64,000 nt of DNA, taken from Lama glama. Taxonomy: Eukaryota. A program made the translations under genes and the position numbers. Below are positions 13,040-26,169 of this stretch, piece by piece. Location of the stretch: the NCBI GenBank assembly GCA_028534125.1, contig CM052816.1:65412001-65476000 (forward strand). The letters are read 5' to 3'. A model generated the notes under the pieces. The model did not search any database. It had not been told where the DNA came from and saw only the letters and a list, made by a program, of their open reading frames with translations. The first letter of the stretch is position 1, and each line of letters opens with the position of its first letter.

Positions 13040-13245
13040 CAATAGCTAAAATTCAATTAATAGTCACCACGGGTGAAACGCCATCTTGAGTGTTTCAAAT
13101 GCACTGCCTCTGAGAGTCTGCACAACAGTCTTCCTGAGGAAACTGAAAAATCAGTGAGTGTCAGACTTACTGAAGGTTGAACACTTGGCAAATGGCAGCA
13201 ATGAGATCCAAACCCAGACTGAGTTCTCAGTCACTGTGTTCCACA
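13040..13245 (-). mobile_element. MIR SINE
   Basis: TGAGGAAACTGA...AAATGGCAGCAATGAGATCCAAACCCAG. Confidence 0.6.
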
Positions 13246-13494
13246 ATCACTATGGCCCGGTTTATTTTTCCAGGCATAAACCCTGCTTAAATTTCCATGA
13301 ATAGTAATTTGACATTTTTCCCCTTCTCTGGACTGTAAATTTGTGTAATTGGATTTCTACAGGCTTTTGCACTGCAGACAAAATGTGATGTGGATTTATT
13401 TTTCAAAGTTAGGGTACTAAGTGACTCCTATGATCTAAAAATTCCTCCCAAGAAACCATACCTCCCTCCTGGTCTGCGATTGGACTAAAACTCT

Positions 13495-14149
13495 AATAGC
13501 CAGCTGTCAGGGCTGCCATGACAACATTTTGTAAAATGGGTGGCTTAAAGCAACAGAAATTTATTGTCTTATGTTTCTGGAGGCCAGAAGTCTGAATTCA
13601 ATGTGCCAGCAGGCCCTGTTCCATCTGAAGGTACCAGAGAAGCATGAGTTCCACACCTTCCTCCTTGGTTTGTAGGTGGCTGTCTTTTCCCCATGTCCCA
13701 ATCTTTTCTTATAAGGATACCAATCATACTGGATTAGGACCCTCCCTGATGACCTTATTTTAACTTGAGTAAAGACCCTATTTCTTTCTTTTTTTCAATT
13801 GAAATACAGTTGATTTACAATGTTGTGTAACCTTCTGGTGTACCGCAAAGTGATTCAGTTATGCATATATATACATACTCCTTTTCATATTTTTTTCATT
13901 AGGGTTTATTACGGGATATTGAGTATAGTTCTCTGTATTATACAATAAGAACTTGTTGTTTATCTATTTCATATATAATAGATCTGCTGATCCCAAACTC
14001 CTAGTTTATCCCTCCCCCACCTCTTTCCCCTTTGGTAACCATAAGTTTGTTTTCTGTGTAAAGACCCTATTTCTAAAGACAGTCACATTCTGAGGTATTG
14101 GGGGTTAAGACCTCAAATATCTTTGTGAGGAACAATCCAAGCTGTGACA
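13495..14149 (-). mobile_element. MaLR solo LTR (MLT1B/C-like) interrupted by L1
   Basis: GGGCTGCCATGACAA...GGTGGCTTAAAGCAACAGAAATTTATT...GTCACATTCTGAGGTATTGGGGGTTAAGAC. Confidence 0.85.
13786..14057 (-). mobile_element. 5'-truncated cetartiodactyl-type L1 with perfect 17-bp TSD
   Basis: T-rich tail plus ATTGAAATACAGTTGATTTACAATGTTG; TSD GTAAAGACCCTATTTCT at 13769-13785 and 14058-14074. Confidence 0.92.
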
Positions 14150-14766
14150 CCAGCTTCTGAACCAGAGTAGCGTGTGAAGGTAGCAGCCCTGCCCTGACAG
14201 GGTCCTTACCCAGTGGTGGGACCCAAGGCAAGTTGTTCTTCTGTGGACTAGGAGATTGGATTGGCTGATTTCTTCTCTAATATTTTCAGTCAGAGTTGAA
14301 TTCTATTCTAACAGAACAGATGCAAATATTAACCTATATTTAGTATAGTTCTTTACTGCAGTAATTTCATTAAAGTTTTTGGAAAGGTGGCCTCATCTTT
14401 CCACTTCTACACTTCAGCCGCAGAGATAAGTCCCTAATGAATGATCTTACCCACTCAGGTCTTCTTTGAGTAGGACCAGTTTGGGGCCCCAAAGGAGAGG
14501 ATGTCCCAGTATCTCATCACTTGTCCCTCTGAGACATCCTTATTTGTCCTGTTCCTTTATGCTTGCAGAAACAGACCAAAAGCATCTTATCTTCACATAT
14601 GGAGGCACTTCCATGACAGATTCCCAGAGAAACCAAAACTAAGTCAGATTTTGAAGGAGCTGCTGATTAAACTGTGGGGCCTCATGTATATTCATTGAGA
14701 AAGAAGGTTGACCTTTGACTTTAGCCTCGACTCCACCAGATAATCCCACAGCAAATGTAATCTTGG

Positions 14767-14785
14767 AGACCAGCAGGTGGCAAAG
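14767..14785 (+). promoter_or_regulatory. Weaker candidate CTCF site
   Basis: AGACCAGCAGGTGGCAAAG (core CCAGCAGGTGGCA). Confidence 0.35.
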
Positions 14786-15671
14786 CCTCCCATTGTTCTC
14801 ACCTCATCTTCTAAACCCCCCTAGGAGGTGAGGCCAGGAGTTGCAGATGAAGAAACTAGGTCTCAGAGACTCCCAGGAGTGCCTGTCAGTGGACTCAGGG
14901 GTCGTAGGGGTCAGGCCAAGTAGAGCTCCAGCAGCCCCCTCCAGAAACCCTCAGTCCCTCAACAATTCCACTCCAGGCCAGCGAGTGCTGCCCTGCCCAC
15001 TGTCTGGACCAGCCTCTGTCTGCTCTTTCGCCTCTGCCCATCCAGGTCTTTCATTCATTGTTGGATTTGTTTTTTGGGGGTTTTTTTGCCCAATAAATTA
15101 GTAATTCAGTAATTTCTAAGACATTATCATTAAGAGTGCTTTTAAATGCCTTAATTAACTGCATTTTGTTTATTTTACCATGTGTCTTACCAGAGGCTTT
15201 TACTGTAAAGCAGGCTGTTTTGAAGACAAAATTAAAAAAGAAAAAATAGAGACAGACAAGAAGAGTGGTGAGCAGTGCATGAGGGGAGAATCGGTGTAAT
15301 TACAGTGAACATTTATGGGTCAGTGGAACATCAGCCCTGAGGGAAAGACTCAGAAAATGGGGCTCCGTGAAGCAGGAGGGCGGGGGAGGGGGCTGCTTCT
15401 CCAGGCCGCCTGGGAAGCCAGGGGACTCGGCTTTGCTGTGCCAGCAGCACAGATGGCATCTCGGTGAAACGGTTGTTCTTTTGTCCCTTCTTTAGCAACA
15501 TCTAGAAGAGGCACATTTATGCACATTTTCTGCTGAAGCATTTTTACCTCAGTGTGACTCATCGCTCTCCTTCCTTAGATAGGATTGTTCTTGAAGAGTC
15601 TGGAAGATGAAGATGAGGCCACCGGCAGGGCGTGTTGAATTACTGCGAGAGAACTAGCTGTGCATCTGCGT

Positions 15672-15726
15672 CTGCGTGTGTGCACGTGCGACTGTGTGTA
15701 TGTGTGTCTGTGTCTGTGTGTGTGTG
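15672..15726. repeat. Degenerate (TG)n tract
   Basis: Read directly from the sequence. Confidence 0.8.
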
Positions 15727-16619
15727 GTAACTTCCTGCACAACATGTGAGCTATTTAGATTCCTATATTTTCATGACGGTCTGGTGGAATAGAGATTCGA
15801 TCATATTTCACTACCTATACCTCAGTAGTAACATTTTAAAGACATAATCGCCCACTATCACAGCATGAATAAGCCCCTAAGGGGTAAAAATCATATAAAA
15901 AGCCTTTTTGTTCGTGCTTTATGGCTAAACAGGCCAGATGTTGTGCTGAAGGTATAGATCCCCATTCCTCAAGAAGTGAACAGGTCAAGTGGTTAATCAT
16001 TTGAGGAGAACTTGCCTTTGCCATTAAAGGCACTTAGACTACACTTCAAAGCTCGTTCCTTCCTTTTAGGTAATGAGCCATTATGAACGAATCTTCATGC
16101 CTTAAAAGGCTAGGTGCTCCGGCTCCACTGTGTTGGCAACTGACTTAAACCAATATGATTATGAACATATTTGGGTTCTTCTGGGGGACAGCCATAACTG
16201 CCAGTAAAGTTCGAGATGTTAAGAGTTAGCTACTTCCTTATCATCTCACCACTTGTTTAGAAGGAAAGCAAGCCTCAGATGAAATTCTGATTTATATGAG
16301 GGTATTTATTAACTAAACACTCCTAATCAAGCAAGAATGAAATAAACAAGTCCTTAGACTAAGTCTGTCCCTTTAGGTGCTTGGCTCCTAATTTCAAGTT
16401 TCACCAAAGGTAAAACCCCCAAAATTCCAATCAATATTTTATCATTATTATAGACAAAAGTTTTCAGTATTCACAGCTGGACACTGGACTTTCCCCAAGG
16501 GGTGGTTCTCAAACCATTCTGACTGAGCTTTTCCGTGGAAATCCTACACACCCACAGCATAAACTGTGCCTCCTGCAGAGACTGTCTGTAATCAGACCCC
16601 TTGTCCTCTACAACTACCT

Positions 16620-17050
16620 TTTAGACTTTCCATCAACTGTCTTATCACTTTCACTCTGTTTGTCAGCAGGCTTCTCTCTCCTGATATCTCCATTTTTGCT
16701 CGTGTAGTCCTCATTCTTTCTGGCCACCTGAGTTTGAAGCCTACAGTCATTTTTTGAACAGAGCCACCTCCTCCAACTCCCAGTTCCAATCGGACACTGA
16801 GCTGTCACAATTCTTCCTTCGCCACATCACCATAGTCACTAGCTTTTCTTTTCTCGGTTTCTTCCCCATTCAGTTATTTGATGTGGTGCCAAACCAAACT
16901 TCCTAAAACCATCTGGATGAGATCATGTTCCTGTTGAAAGACTTTCAGTGAGACTTTATTTTGTAGTGGAAAATGTTCAAACTTCTTGACGCCACTCCCA
17001 CATCCCTACCTTTACTGCTGTATTTCCCCCTTCACTGGGCAAATCTATTT
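16620..17050 (+). mobile_element. L2 LINE fragment
   Basis: TTCCTAAAACCATCTG...GATCATGTTCCTGTTGAAAGACTTTCAGTG...AAAATGTTCAAACTTCTT resembles L2. Confidence 0.5.
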
Positions 17051-17171
17051 CCAGCTGGACTTCTGCATCACAGACCCTCAAATATGTCACAAGCAGTGGG
17101 CATTTCTTGTTAGATTTTTTTTTCCACAATGATCTTATTTTCCTCCTTTAATTCATGCCCACTCCCCTCAA

Positions 17172-17176
<5 letters not shown>

Positions 17177-17228
<52 letters not shown>
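17177..17228. repeat. (CA)26 microsatellite
   Basis: Read directly from the sequence. Confidence 0.97.
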
Positions 17229-17231
<3 letters not shown>

Positions 17232-17257
17232 CCTCCTTTAGTTTCAAAGATTTTGGC

Positions 17258-17425
17258 TAGTATTTCAAGAGCCTGGACCTTGTAATTAAAAATAAATGAG
17301 CAAACTGGTTTTAAATGTAGATGTTGCCGCTTACTAGTTCCAGTGTGACTTCAGGCATGAATGGACGCAGATATTCCTGACTCTCAGTTTCCACATCAGT
17401 TCCAATGGGGCTAATGTCTACCTAC
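17258..17425 (+). mobile_element. MIR SINE
   Basis: GCTTACTAG...TGTGACTTCAGGCA...CTCAGTTTCCACATC...AATGGGGCTAATG. Confidence 0.6.
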
Positions 17426-17679
17426 ATGTCGATCACTGTTGATGCCTTTTAGTTCCCTTTCTACCACCCTTCCTCCCCAGGGGAGCCTTTTATGATCTCA
17501 CTAGTCACGGATTTCTCTCTCCTCTGAGCCCATAGCAAACATCTTTGGAAAATCACCATTTGCCTCTTTGAGGTACTCCTTGATTCTTATTCATTATGTC
17601 CTAGAACCATACATTGTACCCTACACTAGGGTGTGTAAATGCTTTCATTACAGTGCTCTGTTTTGTGTGGTCACAGCAG

Positions 17680-17870
17680 CCAGGGCACTTTCTCTCACAT
17701 CCTCTCAAGTGTTCCCACAACATCCTTGGAGGAGGATAGAGTCCCTGTCTGGAGAAAGGGAAAGTGAGAGTGCAGAGGATGAAGTGAATTGCCTAAGGTC
17801 ACTCAGAGGGCAAGTGGCAGAAGTACTTGGCTTCTGAGCCAGGACTGTCTCCTCCCTCCTAAAGCCATAG
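17680..17870 (-). mobile_element. MIR SINE
   Basis: GGAAAGTGAG...GAAGTGAATTGCCTAAGGTCACTCAG...AAGTGGCAGA. Confidence 0.65.
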
Positions 17871-18281
17871 CCTTAAGGGTAAGAACTTTTAAAAAAATTT
17901 CTTATATTTCATTATTTAATTTTATAACCAATATAGGTCCCAGTCCTGTTATTGACTAGAATTGAGATGGCATTCTATAAGTATGGAAGAGTAAAGAAAA
18001 TGAATATTATAGACCATATTAATAATTCAGAATAATACCAGGAGTCTGAGGGTCAATTCTCTACATATTGGTGGGTGGGGGTGCCTTGTGCTTGGCATCC
18101 ACCCATCATTTACCCTGTATTTCTGAGGGTTAACAGCACAATGTCTTCGTTCTAAAACACAAAATCATGAGATTAAAGGAAGCATTCGATGCCATCAGCT
18201 GAGAAAACCCAGAATTCACATGCAGATTCTCTAAAATGGCTTTGTGTGGCTCCAGGCACTGTGAACTCCACCATTGTGTTT

Positions 18282-18327
18282 ATAGCTTTTTAGCCTTTGG
18301 CTAAGATCAAGGAGAGTGTTTGTTCCT
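18282..18327 (+). pseudogene. 3'-truncated U2 snRNA pseudogene fragment
   Basis: ATAGCTTTTTAGCCTTTGGCTAAGATCAAG aligns to the U2 5' end ATCGCTTCTCGGCCTTTTGGCTAAGATCAAG. Weaker similarity continues to TGTTCCT. Both CpGs are decayed. Confidence 0.8.
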
Positions 18328-18619
18328 GAGGCTTTTGACAACTGACTTCTCCATCCAAGGATAACATACTTAGACTGTATGTGCATTACACAGGATTAAG
18401 CTCCTTTAGCCAGTGAACTTTTAAACAAGAGGTTTATTTGAATCCTCTTGGATGCCATTCTCCTATTGACGTTGTTCCTATAAAATGCCAGAGGAGACCA
18501 TTCCATGATGCCAGAAGTTCTCTGAGCCTGCCTACCAGGAAGTAATCCTAAGGTAGGGGTAAGGAACATTTTCTTTCTCCCAAAGAGTATCGACATTGCA
18601 CTCTTGCCTCCCTGTTGGC

Positions 18620-18659
18620 ACCACACACGCACACACACACACATCACACACACACACAC
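18620..18659. repeat. Imperfect (CA)n tract
   Basis: Read directly from the sequence. Confidence 0.85.
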
Positions 18660-20129
18660 CCCTCCACATGCATATTGCAGGGTAGGTGGAGGGGCGCTTA
18701 GAAGAATGAATATGGAACAAAGTCCAAGTAAAATTATGACCAGAAAAAGAAACAGACTGCACCTACATGGGCTGAACATTAAGGATAGAAGCAGACAGAA
18801 GTTTTTCACGAGATATAACAGATTTTCAATTAGGTAAGTTTCATACTAGGATCTATTACAGAAAAGATAAAGGAGGAAGATAAGAGGACAGGGAATATGG
18901 AAAGGAAGGAAACAGAACAGAGGCAGAGGGTGGATGAAAAATGAGGACAAAGAGAGGAAAAGGAAAGAGAAAGAAAACGAAACGGAACGTCAGCAGCTCC
19001 TGGGTTCTGAGGTGAGACCGCTGGTCAGCAGCTTTAGTCACACATCCTGTTATTCACTTTGGGCATCAGAGTACATTTCACTACTCTTTGAAATTTCCAC
19101 GCTCTCTACCATAATTTTGGAGCACTCTTTCTTTTCTGGGAAATCGCTTATCTGCTCTTATTTTCCATCTTTAAACTCTATTTTTTAAGGCTTTATTTTT
19201 TCACGAAGCCCAAAATGTTTTGAAATGGATTGCCTTTGGTCTTGATCTTTACATTTTAGACTCAATCTTGGGCCACTTTAACAATTCCAAAATATAAGTG
19301 GAATGGCCTCTTTCTACCAAAATTGAAATGTAACATTTAAAAATATTCATTATCATTATCACTATTTTGTTATGTTTAAGTCATTTGAAAGGGGACAAGT
19401 TTTGGTTCACCAGAGATGTGTTTGAATCAGGGGTGTACATTTGACTAAGCTACAGTTGTCTGTAATCCCCAGTTTCCTCCTCTATAGACTTGAGAGGTCT
19501 CGTGCCTCTCCAGTTCACGCGAGGATGCCAAGAAGCCTGGGGTGCCCCATCACAGGTCTGGTGTAAAGTAGACAGAAATGAGTCAGTTCCTCCGTCTCAA
19601 ACCCTCTCCAATGGCAATCCCACCAAGTGAAAAAAAAAAAAATAGTACATAAAGAACTCTTCCTGCCTTTTAATTTCCACCAATCACACTGAATGGAATA
19701 ATCACATTAGCTCAGAAAGCACAAAATTATTTTCAGGGCTGCAGCTTTGTGTACCCTGAGCTCAGAACAATATAACTCTGGTTCTCCATGAAATTTTACT
19801 TGGTTCTGATTTTTCTCCGAGAAGGACACTGACTGCAAACTTCTGATTTGTAAAATCCTAAATGACCGGATCAGTGTGCAGCCCACTAGATATAAAGACT
19901 TTCTGGGATCCAGAACACTCATGGAACTAAATCAAAGATTTCAATTTTACCCTAGATTAGAATAAAACTTACATTCACTCGGGGCATATTTTCCACTCCC
20001 ATCAGGAATAGATTTAGACCTGTGTAAAACTTAAAATACAGTGACTAATTAAATACACTGTACCACTTCAGGGAAGCCAAGAAAATTACAGTATTTCCAA
20101 GTAAGACTGTTTTCAGCAGACAAAACCCA

Positions 20130-20630
20130 GAGAATCTTGACTCTTAGCCCTGAAATGAACATGGACGTCATTTAGCCTAATCACTTACCCAGCACAGAAA
20201 CTGCCTTGATCACAGATCTGATAACTCTCTCTGGGAACATAGAATGACCTGACACGTATTGCCTTTCAAGGCAACCTGATGTGTCATGAGATGGCTTCAG
20301 TCATTTAAAAACCAGTCTTTATAAGGAGCTATTTGTCTGCCTCTCTGTACTGCCCACCTCTTGCTCTTAATTCCGAGTAAGAGATTTCTGCTAATTTTTC
20401 TTCCTTGAAACGCCCTTCACTGTTTAGAACAACTGGCGTGCTTACTCTTAGCATATTCTTTGTGTTCAACTTTCAGATTTTTGGAACCCTTTCTCTCATG
20501 AAATATTTCTAGACTCATCAACATCTCTGTTTCTACTAAAACTGTGGCTATCTACTTCAGGCAAACCCTAGTTGAGCTGAGAGAACAGTGAACCTATTGT
20601 CTCACATGAGATAATATTTTTACTGTTTAG
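20130..20630 (-). mobile_element. CR1/L3 LINE 3' region
   Basis: AGAATCTT...GTCATTTAGCCTAA, CAAGGCAACC and TCTGCCTCTCTGTAC-TGCCCACCTCTTGCTCTTAATTC follow the antisense L3 3' end. Confidence 0.55.
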
Positions 20631-22059
20631 GATAAAGTTTATTTTAGATTTTGTCGTGTTGCGTCTTGAATTCTACTTTACTATCTTTTTATAAAACCCA
20701 CACCACTACTTATGACAAATGAACATTTTAGATCTTCTTCTCTTATACCTATATAATACATTTTTAAAAAAACAATCTTTACCCTCCGTTTGGCCAGCTC
20801 TGACCAGCCCATGGCAACAACATAACATGAAGTTATGTTAGCTTTAATAATTTAAATTTCATTAGCTTTTCCCACATTTGCTGAAGTAATTATCTATGCA
20901 GTTTATCTAATTATTTCAGGGAGTCCCCCAGGGTGTCTCGAAAGAACAAGCTCCCCTTTGTTGGAATCACTGCTTCTCCACCAGGCCCAGCAGCTTCTGC
21001 AGTGTCCAAGGCCCAGCAGGTTCCTCTGCTACAACAGGGAGTCAGGCAGACACCACAAGGCCATGCCTCAGCTTTACAGCTGCTCCACTGACATTCAGCT
21101 TTCTTCCTTTGTTCCCGATATTGTACAGAATTACATGCAACATCTCTTGACTTCCCAAGACCCAAAGACTTGTCCCTGGGAATGCATTCAAGCAACAGGC
21201 GCCATGTTGCCTTCAGAATGGCTCTCCCTTCTGAGAGCTGAGGCTTTGTTGGTGGGATAAACTCCCGGTGCCCAAGGCCTTCAAGGCGCTGTCTCCGAAG
21301 AAACCACCTAACCTCCTGCAAATAGTCTGTGATTAGATCTTTTCAAACCCTGCATTTTTTTTCCCCCTCTTGAAAGGAACATTGTACCAAGAATATTTTT
21401 ACCATATCAATAAACATTCTTCAAAGCCATCATTTTTAATTCCTCCATCTTATGAATATACTATGCCAGAACATATTTGCCCATTTTTCTATTGCTGAGA
21501 ATATTGGGTTTTATATGTGCTTAGCTTATTATTTTAAGCAAATATTGTGCTTTACCCTATTCATATTATACTCTTAATGCAACTCACCTTTTAGGCTTTG
21601 CAGATAATTTCATATCTTAATTATGTCACTTAATATATTAACATCATTCCTAGCTTTTGGCTTTAGATATGTATTTTTAAGATGAATTTCTAAACTTTTC
21701 ACCATCACGCCAAATTTTAATTGCTTATAGACCCAGATTTTAGATTTCAGCTACAGAGCTTCCATAACCCTTGAAGTGAGATCTATGTATAAGAGAGAGA
21801 CACGCAAGGAGTACATCAAAATCTCGCTTGTAGTTTCAAATATCACTGAATATTAATATCAGTTGCTAACTGATACACTTCCTGGTCATGATTGCAAGCC
21901 CTTCTCCTTAAAAATACATCAGATAAAATGAGTTATAGAATTAAAGGAACCTGCAGGTATGGTCTGGTTCAAAGACCTAATTTCAACAAGTCATTTATCA
22001 CCCTCCTTCTATATCCTCAGGACAATATAAACATTGGGGCTAAAAAAGTAAACCCCTCA

Positions 22060-22470
22060 CCCTATCCTTGTGATATGTGTGATGGAGGAGTGAATGGAAG
22101 TGACAGAAGGTGTGACTCCACTCTTTGGTAGGAGAAGAATGAATTCTCAAAGCAAGTAACACTTAAGCCGCATCTTTAAAAAGAACAGAGATTTCAGTGA
22201 GTGATTATGTGGGTGGGGTAAAAAACTTGAAACAACATGGCATGTTGGATACTAAACATCTGTGGCTACAGCATTTGGAGTTCACAGTACCTCCCTGGTA
22301 CCCTGAGATGAAGCTGAAGGGCCTTGGAATAAGAAGCCTAAGAAATGTATGTATTATCTGCCATAAAACAGGAGAAAATATCAAGGTGATTCAAGTGGTG
22401 GAATGACATGTTTTAGAATGACATTTTTGATGACATTATGGAGGATGGATTATAGCTGGAGGCAAGAGAT
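22060..22470 (-). mobile_element. L2 LINE fragment
   Basis: GTAACACTTAAGC...TGAAGGGCCTTG...GGAATGACATG...GGAGGATGGATT. Confidence 0.55.
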
Positions 22471-24084
22471 AAGGCTCTTCCTTGTCAGTGTGACAAACTA
22501 TTTTATTAATAAAGCAGTAACTTAATGACACTCAGATCTAGGTGTCACTCATCTCCACTTGTCTAAGATTTTCGGGAAAATGGTAAGGTTTTTGTTATTG
22601 CTTTTGTTTATTTACATGTTAGATGTGGTAGACTGGCCCTCTGCTTCTCTTGATGAAATCTTTAAATAGGTAGAAAATAGAAAAAATTGGAAAAGGACAT
22701 CAGAACTTCCGTTACCTAAGTTTTGGAAGATAACTGATCCAAAGCTATGAAGCCCAACAGCCCACCAATCCCGTCTTTGATTTGGTCAGATGCTGTATCA
22801 AGATATGGCCTCAGGTCTCCTTTGTCCAAGAACAGGCCAGTTATGAGTCACAGTCTGAACAGGAGGAAATGTTCCCTTACTTTTTCATAGTCATGGCAGT
22901 GAGAATTCTTTATGCCCGGAGTACTGTCCTGGCCTAAAGTCCCAGTTGAGAAGGTTATTTTCTGCCCCAGGTGGAGCAGAATGTCAAACTCCAATTCCAA
23001 GAGCTCCATCATCATTCTGATCACCTGAGGAAGCAGAGGTTTGACAGCTGCCGGAACCCCCAGGCTTCATGTGATGTAGATCAGCCTATTCATTAGCTGC
23101 TTCAGGGTTCTCAATGCCCTGTGGCTTTGGAAACACTTGTTAATCTGTAGAAGAGGAGAAGAGCTGGAAGCAATTGGAGTCCAGCCTGAATTTATTATAA
23201 TTCAATTCAATAACCACCTTATCTTTCCAAATCCCAGTTCAGAATCTGTTGAAAATTTTGGTTGATTGAAATCGTGCTCAGTGACGCATCCCAAGAGAAG
23301 AGGGAGATTGCAGTTCAAGGTTTCCTGAAGCCACAGAAATGTGGAGAGCTACAGAACTGATTGTGCTTTCTGGACCCACGTACGCACTTTTCCAGAAGCT
23401 AGAAAAGAGATGCCCGGATAGGGGAGAGGGAAACCAGATGTAGTGGAAAGACTCATGTAGAGCACCCAGGAGTCTGCATTTCTGATCTCCCACCCAAAGA
23501 AACACTGCCAGCTCCCACCCCAACCCCCAACTGTTTCTCACTGCACAAAGCTGGCACTCAACAGACCCACAATTCTCCTTAATACAATTCTCATGATGTA
23601 ACCTGACCAACCCCATGAAACTTAATCAAGAAAACAACCCTTGTCATTGGCAACAAATGCAGCAGTTGCATCACAAGTAAACCACATTCTTTACTCCACA
23701 GAGCACAATGTTAGCGTATAAACTGCAAAATCATGGTGCTGCCCTTTGTTAATTATATGATATCATTTAATTCAAAAAAACCTTCATAGGAAAGTCCATA
23801 TCAAAATTTTAAAAAGAAAGCACATGCAGAAGTGAGATATGTTGACATCTTTCCCCTAAATGCTACTACAAACTTTTGTCTAAGGGTGTCTCTTAAACCA
23901 GCCACCTGGTTTAAGCCACCTGGTCTGTCTACTGAACGTGACCAACAGCAGCCCTTCCCTACCCTCCTCCTCTTAAATAACACCACGAAAGTGGAAGGGC
24001 ATTTCAGTAGTTCACCATCCTTAGCTGAAGCATAAGGAGTCAGATTCCCTTCTGGGTACTAGGAGAGGTCAATGATCCAGTCCT

Positions 24085-24179
24085 AATGATCTTTGCACCA
24101 TTTATATGTAATGCAGGTCTGGAACATAGTAGATGCTCAATAAATGCTGAATGAGTGAGTGAATGAATGAATAAATAAA
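24085..24179 (+). mobile_element. L2 3' terminus
   Basis: CTGGAACATAGTAGATGCTCAATAAATGCTGAATGAGTGAGTGAATGAATGAAT. Confidence 0.85.
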
Positions 24180-24525
24180 GTGCTAACTTTTAGAATACTC
24201 TTCTAGTCAGCCTTTTACTGGAGAAATTTGCTTACAGCCACACATGGAAACTAAATATACTCCCCCTTGGGGGTTATAAGCAGTCTTTTCATTTCCTGAA
24301 GCATAGGCATTCTTATGCAATTCCTACTGTGCTTTTGAAATGAAAGATTAATGATTAAGTTAGAAACTAATATGTTCGGACATGGTATTGCAAACTACGT
24401 ATCATACTAGTGTTTGAGATCAGAATGTCTTTGCAGTTCATAAAATTTTTTCCAAAATGTTGTGTCCATTTTAAAGTAGGCTTAGTTTAAGACATTAATT
24501 TGGTACTAGAAAAATAACGTTTTAA

Positions 24526-24750
24526 TTACTATGTATAAAATAGATAAACAACAAGGACCTACTGTAGAGCACAGGGAACTATATTTAATTTCTTATAATA
24601 ACATATAATGGAAAAGAATCTGAAAAGAAAATACATACGCATATGTGTATGTGTAACTGAATAGCTTTCCTGTACACCTGAAACTAACATTGTAAATCAA
24701 CTACAATTCAATAAGAAATAAAATTTTTACAAAACCACTAAAAAAAATAC
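24526..24750 (+). mobile_element. 5'-truncated cetartiodactyl-type L1 3' end
   Basis: AAACAACAAGGACCTACTGTAGAGCACAGGGAACTATAT...TTGTAAATCAACTAC; TSD AAAAATAACGTTTTAA (24510-24525) / AAGAATAATGTTTTAA (24751-24766), 14/16 identical. Confidence 0.9.
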
Positions 24751-25525
24751 AAGAATAATGTTTTAAAATATTAAGATTAATTAGCTTAACAAATGAAAAA
24801 GGTGATACCTGGTTTATTACTATGCAAATTTTAAAAATGTGTGTTTCAATCTGTTTCATGCTATGCCCTCCCCTATACCCCTCTGTTGGGGACTATAAGA
24901 TTTTACACTTTACCTTTATTTCCCAGTCAGAAAGAACTGAGTGGATTTTAAGTCTCCTTCTTCACATTGAGGATATCACTTGGCTCTGACTTTGATCTTT
25001 GGCTCTTAACCCAACAATGCCTGAGGACTTTGATTTACAGCTATAAACGTTAAAAAGAACAATCGTCTTTTTTTTTTTTTGGAAGGAGTTTCTGGGAATC
25101 ACAGAAATGTACTTCCTTTTTCTCCTGGAGAGTTGTGGGTTGTGGGAGGGATATCTTACTACCTTCTCTGATTTTCTGTCATTTATCTTTTATGTAGATA
25201 AGTCCTGTTTAAATCCTGGGTTAGCTCTTTTTGAGCTTAGGCAAGTTTCGTAGCACTGTTTCACTTACAACATGCCATATCAAGAAAAACTTTAAGAATG
25301 GTTTCAGGGTCAATTACATGCAACCACCCATCAAATTGTGCTTTGTAAATAAACGTATATGAATTGCATCCTGCTCCAGTGCAGTCAGAAACTGCTGTCT
25401 TCCTTTTCGTATCAAATGAATCTTTAGACTCAAAAATCACAAAGGAATTGAAGATTGGTATAGGAGCCTGATCAAGGAAGATGTAAGACAGGGAAGACAC
25501 GGGAGAAGAGCTAAGACTACGTGTA

Positions 25526-26136
25526 ACCAGCTCCACGTCCAGTGATGGCATGTGGTGGTTTACCTGGTGGTTGTATTGTCTGTGGTGGAGGAGTATTTAT
25601 CATGGAAATCAGTAAATGCTACAAATGGTACTTGTTTGTTTTGTTCATTTTCTTGACTTAAAGGGATGGAGAAAATGTTAATAATGCAGGTTAAAGTTGA
25701 ATGTCTTTAGACACTAGATTGTAAAGAGCACAAAAATTGAGAAAAGTCTCTTCTAGAATTTTTTAAGTGGTATCCAGTGCAGCAAAGAAATTGCCCTAGT
25801 CATTGACAAATGCCAAGAATTCCAACATATATCTTTGTTACTTCACTTTTGTCTTGTTAATATAGACCAAAATGTCAACTGACAGTCCTGTAGGAACTAC
25901 ATTTCTTGTCAGTTGCAACTTTAGTCTGGCTACATATTCAAAGTTCAGCAAAAATCAATGAATGCATTCTATGAGAGTCAACTGGCTTTATGGAATTTAC
26001 AATTTAAAGATTACTGTGCACTTCTTATTGTTTGTGCATCATGTGCTACACATACTTTATATAGTAAAATTTGTAATAAACTTTGTATGTATGATTTTTC
26101 CCTGAAAGCTGGTTGTTAAACATTTAAACATTACTG
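25526..26136. mobile_element. MER63-type hAT-Blackjack DNA transposon (one terminus present)
   Basis: GGAGTATTTA...GGAAATCAGTAAATGCTACAAAT, GATGGAGAAAATGTTAATAATGCAG and terminal GGTTGTTAAACATTTA...ACTG match recalled MER63C/D. Confidence 0.75.
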
Positions 26137-26169
26137 CCAAAATTCCTATGAAAAGGTGGTTGTCAGCTC

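Noticed and set aside
20911..21321. Overlapping 136-aa and 100-aa ORFs on opposite strands
   Set aside because: Non-ATG starts, no recognisable homology and no convincing splice boundaries.
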